The position numbers and the translations under genes are program-made. From the NCBI GenBank assembly GCA_000402355.1, contig AQRS01000043.1, positions 23,090 to 87,089 on the forward strand: DNA of 64,000 nucleotides, written 5' to 3'. The notes beneath the pieces are model-generated. The model ran no database searches, was not told the DNA's origin, and was given only the letters and a program-made list of their open reading frames with translations. Origin of the DNA: Candidatus Iainarchaeum andersonii SCGC AAA011-E11. GTDB lineage: Archaea > Iainarchaeota > Iainarchaeia > Iainarchaeales > Iainarchaeaceae. Position 1 is the stretch's first letter. Each line of letters opens with the position of its first letter. Of the stretch, positions 57,576-64,000 are shown in pieces.

Positions 57576-58795
57576 CTGTGTGAAACCTTTTCAAGCGCCT
57601 TCTCAAGCTCATCTTCCGCAAGCAGGTCAAAAATCGCCTTCAGGTCAAAGGCGCCCCCGAAATCCGTTTCCTTGAGGTTTTTCTCCAGAATGTCGAAACC
57701 CATTGCCACAATGGAAAGCCTCGACTTCTGGAGCTCGCGCAGCTCTGAAATTTTTTTCCTGAATGAATCCGCCAAAAAATTCTTGGAAACCGAAAGGAAC
57801 GCCCTTCCGGAATATGCCTCCGTTATTTCCTTGAGGTCAATATCCGCGGAAGAAAGGCCCTTCTTCAATGTTCCCTTCAAATTAATCCTTATCAGCGGCT
57901 TCATTTCCTGCTTTTCCCTCAGGTCAGATTCAATTGCGCTCCTGCATTCCCCCAAAATATTCTCCTGCGAAGCCGAATCCAGCAGAACCTTGTGGTAAAA
58001 CATTTTTCTCTGCCTAGGAAAAGGCGTGAAGGAAAGTTCCTTTGAAGCGGAATCAAAAAAGAAAACGCCCTTAGGGGTCTTGCACTCAAGCTTCTTTATT
58101 GAAGTGGCTATTGTGGAACCCGCAAGCAAAAAAGTGGTTTCCCGGAGCTTCTGCTCGTTAGCCCAGTGCAAATGGCCATTCACAATGAGGTCAAATCCCT
58201 CGGGCAAATCATCAAGGGAAAGGGTTGCGACCATTTCATCATCGATAACAATGAACTCCTTGAAGGTCTGGTGCAAAAGAAGCAAATTGCACGCGCCCTT
58301 TTCCGGAACCGGATTCCATTGGTGAAGCACATCAAGCGCCCTTTTCTCCGGCACGGCGCCCAAACCGAAAACACAAACCCGCTCATTGCCCTTCTCAGCA
58401 ATTATTTTTCCAGCATGAAGGTAAACAATCATCCCTGAAAGGTTCAACACATCCAACGCGGTTTTTGTTTCCTTGCCCCTGAATTCATGGTTCCCGTGAA
58501 TAGTAATCAAAGGCAAACCGGAAATCTGCAGGGCTTTTTTTTCACTGTTCTTTTCCAGCACAAAAGAGGCGGCGGAAGAGCCGCTTTTCGCGAGCGAAAA
58601 GGATTCAATGGCGCGGTAAAGGACATTATGCGAAGGCACGGGAGCGTCGAAAATGTCGCCGCACAAAACGCAAAAATCCGCTTCCCCCTGCAAAGCAATT
58701 TTGATTGCCTGCCCTAGATTCTCGAACGACTCGGAATAGCGCTCGCCCTTCTCGTCAAAACCAAGGTGAGTGTCCGAAAAAACCGCTATCTTCAT
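57572..58795 (-). CDS. mre11: Mre11-type DNA repair metallophosphoesterase, with a roughly 150-aa C-terminal extension
   Basis: Calcineurin-fold motifs 'FSDTHLG', 'CGDIFD', 'IHGNHE', 'GHLH'. No rad50 gene adjacent. Confidence 0.65.
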   Translation of the reverse strand: MKIAVFSDTHLGFDEKGERYSESFENLGQAIKIALQGEADFCVLCGDIFDAPVPSHNVLYRAIESFSLAKSGSSAASFVLEKNSEKKALQISGLPLITIHGNHEFRGKETKTALDVLNLSGMIVYLHAGKIIAEKGNERVCVFGLGAVPEKRALDVLHQWNPVPEKGACNLLLLHQTFKEFIVIDDEMVATLSLDDLPEGFDLIVNGHLHWANEQKLRETTFLLAGSTIATSIKKLECKTPKGVFFFDSASKELSFTPFPRQRKMFYHKVLLDSASQENILGECRSAIESDLREKQEMKPLIRINLKGTLKKGLSSADIDLKEITEAYSGRAFLSVSKNFLADSFRKKISELRELQKSRLSIVAMGFDILEKNLKETDFGGAFDLKAIFDLLAEDELEKALEKVSHS

Positions 58796-59445
58796 GCGAA
58801 AAGGGCCTCCATTCGCCTGAGATTGAGTTCCTTAAAGCTTTTAACAACTAAGTCCGCTTCAGAAAAATCGTGCATTGAAGTGAAAACGCCGGGCAAAGCA
58901 ATTGCCTTTAATCCGGCGCGCTTTGCGGCAGAAACCCCGATCATCGTGTCCTCAACCGCAACGCAGTTTTCCGCGTTTTTTCCGAGAAGCTTCACGGCAC
59001 GGATGTAAACATCAGGAGAGGGCTTGTACTTGCCCACATCTTCTACAGTCACAATCACGTTGAAAAAATTCTTGAGCCCGAACTTTTCAAGCACGAAATC
59101 CACGTTGTTCCTCACATTGGTTGTTGCAATGGCGCACGGCAGCTTTGCGGACTCTATTTCGCGAAGGAGCCTTTTCATTCCGCCGTCCGGCTCCATCTTC
59201 AGGCGCATTTCCTCGCGCGCAGGCACGGAAACTGATTCCACAAACTCCGCAAGATCTATTGCGAGGGAATATTTCTCGTTTATGTAAGCGAGCTTCTCGC
59301 TGAATGATTTCCCCACAAGCTCGGAAACCTCCTCATCCGTAATGCCTGCATGAATCCTTTTCAGGTACGCGCGCATGTGCCTGAAGTAATATTCGGGGGT
59401 GTTCGCAATCACGCCGTCAAAATCGAAAACAACCGCCTCAATCAT
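58792..59445 (-). CDS. HAD-superfamily hydrolase (beta-phosphoglucomutase-like)
   Basis: 'VVFDFDGVI' motif I and 'VEDTMIG' motif III. Start trimmed to Met at 59445. Confidence 0.65.
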   Translation of the reverse strand: MIEAVVFDFDGVIANTPEYYFRHMRAYLKRIHAGITDEEVSELVGKSFSEKLAYINEKYSLAIDLAEFVESVSVPAREEMRLKMEPDGGMKRLLREIESAKLPCAIATTNVRNNVDFVLEKFGLKNFFNVIVTVEDVGKYKPSPDVYIRAVKLLGKNAENCVAVEDTMIGVSAAKRAGLKAIALPGVFTSMHDFSEADLVVKSFKELNLRRMEALFA

Positions 59446-60080
59446 TTGAACAAAGCCTCCAGCCCTGCAATGCTTAATTCCGCGAGCGAATCCACAATCA
59501 AATCCGCGCCAAGCAAAAAATTCCTGTCGTAAGTTGTTGTAACCGCAACGCATTTTGCGCCCGCGTCCTTTGCAGCCTTGATGCCGAGGATTGCGTCCTC
59601 TATAACGAGGCATTCTTTTATCGGGACTCCGAGCAAACGCGCCGCCTTGATGTAGCCCCCCGGATGCGGCTTTCCTTTTGAAACCTCATCAGCACCGAGA
59701 ACAACCTGAAAAGAACCCCTTCCCCCTATTCCGTTGAGCACGTACTCAACAAACTCTTTCCTCGAATTGGAGACAACAGCCAAAGGATACTTCCCCTTCA
59801 CCTTGAACAAAAACTCCAAAAAGCCCGGAAAAGGCTTTATGCCGATGCTTTGCTCCTTGAGGAAAGCGTAACGCTTCGCAACCAATGCCTCCCTTTTCTC
59901 CTCGCTCATTCCTGAAAAGCTTATTTTGAATGCATCGCTGGTGCGCATCACATCAAGCGCGGCAAGCTCCTTTTCGGAAAGAGTTTTGCCCACCTCGGAA
60001 AACACCTTTGCGGTTGCCTCGTGGTGCAAATGCATCGTATCCACAATGACGCCGTCAAAGTCGAACAAAATGGCCTTCAT
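59442..60080 (-). CDS. HAD-superfamily hydrolase paralogue
   Basis: 'ILFDFDGVIVDT' and 'IEDAILGIKAA'. Tandem with the previous HAD gene (4-bp overlap). Confidence 0.65.
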   Translation of the reverse strand: MKAILFDFDGVIVDTMHLHHEATAKVFSEVGKTLSEKELAALDVMRTSDAFKISFSGMSEEKREALVAKRYAFLKEQSIGIKPFPGFLEFLFKVKGKYPLAVVSNSRKEFVEYVLNGIGGRGSFQVVLGADEVSKGKPHPGGYIKAARLLGVPIKECLVIEDAILGIKAAKDAGAKCVAVTTTYDRNFLLGADLIVDSLAELSIAGLEALFK

Positions 60081-60335
60081 ACCATAATTTGGCGGCATAA
60101 GCGTTAAATTGCTATTCCGCAATAAGTTAGGTTTTTAACCCCGAATAAGCAATTTTCTGTAAAAGGATGGGGCAATTTGCACTTTTCTTTTTGGTCAAGC
60201 TTTGGCTTTTCCAAAAAACTAAGGGTTGCCCTTTTCTTTTTTCGTCACATTGCAAGCAGGGCTTGCGATGCCTCGCAAAAGCAAGGGGCTTTTGCAAGGA
60301 CGTTTTTTCTTTTCTGCAGGAAAAGAAAAAAGGTT

Positions 60336-60406
60336 GCTGGGGTGTCAGAACGGTTATGTACCCGCCTGCAGAGCGGGCTAAGGGGGTTCAACTCCCTCCC
60401 CCAGCT
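60336..60406 (+). tRNA. tRNA-Cys (anticodon GCA), atypical D-arm
   Basis: Acceptor GCUGGGG/CCCCAGC, anticodon stem CCCGC/GCGGG with loop CUGCAGA, T-arm GGGGG-UUCAACU-CCCUC, and discriminator U, as expected for Cys. Confidence 0.7.
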
Positions 60407-60578
60407 TTCCCCCTAAACGGTTACGAAAATCCTAGAAATAATCGCATCAAGCCAAAAATAACCATCAAATAAAGTATACATAACAAATAGCTGTTCGAGA
60501 AATTAGTTTCTTAACTGCAAAAGGTTTTATACCCGCCCTTACAATTATCTGTTAGCAGACGGATAGGTAGTGATTGAG

Positions 60579-60728
60579 ATGGCTAAACCGATTGAACCGA
60601 CACCAGTTTTAGAAGGCAAGGACGCAAAAGCGTTTTGGGATAGCTTGCAGAATGCCAAGTTTGATGAAAAAAAAGCTGTTGAGCTGGATAAGAGCAGGGT
60701 AATTTACAAACTATTTTCTCAAAAATAA
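60579..60728 (+). CDS. Small ORF (49 aa) immediately upstream of the GNAT-like gene, possible antitoxin-like partner
   Basis: 'MAKPIEPTPVLEGKDAKAFWDSLQNAKFDEKKAVELDKSRVIYKLFSQK'. Its stop lies 3 nt before the next start. Confidence 0.3.
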   Translation: MAKPIEPTPVLEGKDAKAFWDSLQNAKFDEKKAVELDKSRVIYKLFSQK

Positions 60729-60731
60729 ACA

Positions 60732-61370
60732 GTGGTTACAGTGGACACAAATACAAATAACGAAGACCACTTGACCAATCTTATCAAAGAAATCGATTGG
60801 CTGGAAATCCAGAAACTCGATGACAGCCATGACACATCCAAATTCTGCTGCGGTGAAACAAAAAACCACGAAGACCTTGATGCGTTCATCAAAGAAGATG
60901 CGTTAACCCAGCAAAAACAGAACATCAATGTGACCTATGTTGCGGTTGCCAAAGACACAAGCGAAGTAATCGGATTCGTAACCATACTAAATGACAGGCT
61001 AAGGGTATCAAATGCCGAGAAAGAAGACATGAAAATTACCGCAAAATACAGTGACTTTCCAGCAACAAAAATCGGAAGGCTGGCAGTCAACAAAAAACAT
61101 GTAAACAAGAAAGTAGCAACCAATATGCTCAGATTTGTAATGGGGTTGGCACTTGAAAGCGCCGACAAAATAGGCTGCAGATTCCTCATAGTGGACTCGT
61201 ACCCGGAATCTTCAGATTTTTATATACAAAAAGGATATCTAAAAAATCAGGTGCAAGACCAGACAAGGACCAAATTCATAAAACAAAAACCTGACGGAAG
61301 CAAAGATATTATTGATAAAACACAAAGAGAAACAATCAGCCTCAGATACGACCTCCTGAATCTGAAGTGA
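60732..61370 (+). CDS. GNAT-like acetyltransferase-fold protein (possible GNAT toxin)
   Basis: A GNAT motif-A-like 'IGRLAVNKKHVNKKVATNMLRFVMGLALESADKIGCRFLIVDSYPESSDFYIQKGY'. Confidence 0.45.
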   Translation: MVTVDTNTNNEDHLTNLIKEIDWLEIQKLDDSHDTSKFCCGETKNHEDLDAFIKEDALTQQKQNINVTYVAVAKDTSEVIGFVTILNDRLRVSNAEKEDMKITAKYSDFPATKIGRLAVNKKHVNKKVATNMLRFVMGLALESADKIGCRFLIVDSYPESSDFYIQKGYLKNQVQDQTRTKFIKQKPDGSKDIIDKTQRETISLRYDLLNLK

Positions 61371-61569
61371 TTATCCGAAAAATTACGCGATAGAAATATT
61401 AAGAAGTTAGCGCATTATAATTACGAAAAACAAACCAGCGACTTTTGAGAGACCCGTCATTTGCGATACAGGTTCTCCCCCAGCTTACCAACACTTTTGA
61501 TGTTGCACCTGACTCTTGCAAAATCGAACAAAACTTATTAATGGATTTTAAAGGTTCGCACAATGATAT

Positions 61570-63156
61570 TTGTATATGTCCCTTACAATCAAAAACCTCT
61601 CAATATCCATCGGCAAAATGGAAATACTGCTTGATGAGAGCGTGGGAATTGCAGATGGCTCAAAAGTTGGGTTAATTGGCAGAAACGGAGTTGGAAAAAC
61701 AACATTTCTCAAGGCAATTCTAGGCCAAGTGGACTATACGGGAAGCATTGAATTCACCGGCAAAGCCGCTTATTTTTCCCAGCATGTTGATTTAGACCCA
61801 AACAAAACAGTTCGGGAAACAATAGGGGAGAGCGCCACTATACACCATCAAAACCCTTTTCAGGAAAAATTGGAAGAGATTGAAAAACAAATTTCAGACC
61901 CTGCCATTAGCCAGAACAATGCCAGCCAATTAGAGAAATTAACGCAGCGCTACTCAGAACTTCTCGCAAAAATGGCACACCATCAAACACTGGCCCCTGC
62001 AAACAAAATCAAATCTGTTTTGAAAACACTGGAAGTCCGGGAAGCCTGGCTTGACCAAACAGTCGGGTCCCTTTCAACCGGACAGCGGGCAATTATTGCA
62101 CTTGCACAGATTTTATCCTCTGAGGCAAACTTTTTGCTCCTCGACGAGCCGACAAACCACCTGGATTTCAAACGCCTGGGCATTCTGGAAAAATACCTGC
62201 AAACATTCAGGGGAACAGTGCTCATGGTTACGCATGACAGGCATTTTTTGGACCAGGTGTGCGACACTATTTTAAAAATAGAAAAAGGAAAATGGATCAA
62301 GTATAAAGGAAACTATTCGGATTATGTGAAAACGCGCGAAGCAGCCTTTGAAGCCCAGACAACGGCCTACAATCTTGAAAACAAATACCTCGCAATTGAA
62401 AAAGACAAGATTGCAAGAATCGGCAAAAGCCCGCAGAAAGTAACGCAGGGAAAATACCGGGAAAGGCTTTTGGAGAAACGTGAAATCGTGGAAAAACCCG
62501 ATATGGACAAATCACAATTCAAAACGCATTTTGATGCCTCACCCATTTCATCCGCAGTAGTTTTAGAACTTGCAGACCTGTGCGTCGGATATGACAAGCC
62601 GCTTATTTCAAACATAAATTTTAAAGTCGGCACAAACCAACGAATCATTTTAATAGGCGAAAACGGGCTTGGCAAAAGTACGCTATTCAAAACCATTGAA
62701 GGGCGCATCAAGGCAATTTCAGGAGAAGTAATTTTGGACCACCAGGCAAAACTAGGATATGTGGACCAGGAACTAAAGGACCTGACAAGCGAGGCTACAT
62801 TGTATGATGAAATACATTCCATGCTCAAGGATATGGCCAAAACGCGCCAAAACTTATCCATGATGGGATTTATTGCCGACAAAGAAGTATTCAAACCAAT
62901 TTCACAACTATCAATGGGCGAGAAATCGCGGCTCAATCTGCTAAAAATCCTAATTGAAAAACCCAATTTGCTCCTGCTGGATGAGCCCACCAACCATCTT
63001 GATATTGATGCCAGAGAAATTATTGAAAAAGCATTCCTCAACTATGACGGCGCCATTCTGGCAGTGTCTCATGACCGATATTTTATTGAAAAAATTGCAC
63101 AGCGGATCTTTAAAGTGAGCAATGGAGCCATAAAAGAAATTCCTGTGAAGCACTAA
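61570..63156 (+). CDS. ABC-F family ATPase (two fused ABC nucleotide-binding domains, no transmembrane domain)
   Basis: Two Walker A sites ('GRNGVGKTT', 'GENGLGKST'), two signature sites ('LSTGQRA', 'LSMGEKS') and two Walker B sites ('LLLDEPTNHLD' twice), joined by a roughly 80-aa linker. Confidence 0.8.
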   Translation: MYMSLTIKNLSISIGKMEILLDESVGIADGSKVGLIGRNGVGKTTFLKAILGQVDYTGSIEFTGKAAYFSQHVDLDPNKTVRETIGESATIHHQNPFQEKLEEIEKQISDPAISQNNASQLEKLTQRYSELLAKMAHHQTLAPANKIKSVLKTLEVREAWLDQTVGSLSTGQRAIIALAQILSSEANFLLLDEPTNHLDFKRLGILEKYLQTFRGTVLMVTHDRHFLDQVCDTILKIEKGKWIKYKGNYSDYVKTREAAFEAQTTAYNLENKYLAIEKDKIARIGKSPQKVTQGKYRERLLEKREIVEKPDMDKSQFKTHFDASPISSAVVLELADLCVGYDKPLISNINFKVGTNQRIILIGENGLGKSTLFKTIEGRIKAISGEVILDHQAKLGYVDQELKDLTSEATLYDEIHSMLKDMAKTRQNLSMMGFIADKEVFKPISQLSMGEKSRLNLLKILIEKPNLLLLDEPTNHLDIDAREIIEKAFLNYDGAILAVSHDRYFIEKIAQRIFKVSNGAIKEIPVKH

Positions 63157-63174
63157 TCAATGCATGAATTCGCA

Positions 63175-64000
63175 TTAAGTTACTGCATTGATTTTCTTTC
63201 CTTTCGAGAACGCCTCGATGTTCTGTATTGTGGTTTCAAGGATTCTCTGGAGCGCCTCCCTGCTGTTGAACGCATTGTGCGGAGTGATGAGAACATTAGG
63301 CTCCTTCAAAAGCAAATGATTGCGCAGAACCGCGCGGAGATCACATTCCTTCGCAAACTTCTCATGCAGAACCTGCTTCTCCTCGCGGATAAAACATTCG
63401 CCCTCAAGAACATCAAGGCCCGCGCCGCCTATTATTCCTTTTGAAAGCCCTTTCAAAATGGCTTCAGTTTCAATGACCTCGCCACGCGAAGTGTTGATTA
63501 CGACACAGCCCTTTTTCAGCTTCGAAATATTTTCCATGTTCAGCATGTGCTTGGTTTCAGGGGTAAGAGGAACATGGAACGAAAGCACATCGGCCTTTGA
63601 AAGCAATTCACCAAAAGAAGCGTAAGTGAAACCGAGCTCCTTCGCCTTAGCCTTTTCAGGATGCACCTCGGTAACGAGAACATTCATTTCAAAGCCCTTT
63701 GCGATCCTCACGACATGCTCTCCGATGTGCCCACACCCGACAACACCGATTGTTTTTCCTTTCAGGTCGAACCCTTCGAGGCCCTTTGCGGAAAAATCCG
63801 CCTTTTGCGTGCGCTCATAAGAGAGATGTATTTTGCGCGAAATCGCGAGAAGAAGCGCGAACGTGTGCTCGGCAACCGTATTCTCGCCGTAAGTCGGAAC
63901 ATTACAAACTGTTATTCCGCGCTTTTTGCATTCCGCAACATCAATGTGGTTGAAGCCCGTGGACATTGTTGCGACAAGCTTGAGCTTTGGCAGCGCATCC
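63175..64000 (-). CDS. D-isomer-specific 2-hydroxyacid dehydrogenase (N-terminus beyond the window end)
   Basis: 'GVVGCGHIGEHV' NAD-binding motif and 'THMLN', 'SRGE', 'HNAFNS' catalytic motifs. The frame stays open to base 64000 ('LKLVATMSTGFNHID'). Confidence 0.75.
   Translation of the reverse strand, partial: DALPKLKLVATMSTGFNHIDVAECKKRGITVCNVPTYGENTVAEHTFALLLAISRKIHLSYERTQKADFSAKGLEGFDLKGKTIGVVGCGHIGEHVVRIAKGFEMNVLVTEVHPEKAKAKELGFTYASFGELLSKADVLSFHVPLTPETKHMLNMENISKLKKGCVVINTSRGEVIETEAILKGLSKGIIGGAGLDVLEGECFIREEKQVLHEKFAKECDLRAVLRNHLLLKEPNVLITPHNAFNSREALQRILETTIQNIEAFSKGKKINAVT

Overview
This 64-kb window reads as an archaeal chromosome segment with moderate GC and compact, DPANN-like gene content. 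The call rests on archaeal information-processing genes. The core is a complete exosome/proteasome/RNase P superoperon on the minus strand, running Rpp30, an HD protein, Pop5, a 173-aa unknown, PsmA, SBDS, Rrp4, Rrp41, Rrp42, L37ae, RpoP, Pcc1, prefoldin beta and a DHH phosphoesterase. The window also holds MCM with an intein in its Walker A motif, Topo VI subunits B and A, aIF1A, aIF2-beta, aIF5A, a Rio kinase, MetRS, PEP synthase, RibBA, and a SerC plus fused SerB-SerA serine pathway. Three tRNAs are present: Val-GAC, Ala-GGC and Cys-GCA. Accessory content includes an IS5-family transposase, several toxin-antitoxin modules (MazEF, HicBA, a RelE-like toxin attached to a wHTH/V4R operon, a decayed DUF4258/DUF2283 pair, a GNAT-like pair), and a free-standing LAGLIDADG/HTH protein overlapping tRNA-Val. 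A MinD-like ATPase sits in an operon with two Roadblock-like proteins. An ABC-F ATPase, unusual for archaea, is present. A roughly 59-bp GC-rich structured repeat occurs twice, upstream of Pop5 and of MCM. No CRISPR array was found. Several six-frame ORFs were re-interpreted: RpoP was recovered in a different frame from the track ORF, and several start codons were trimmed.
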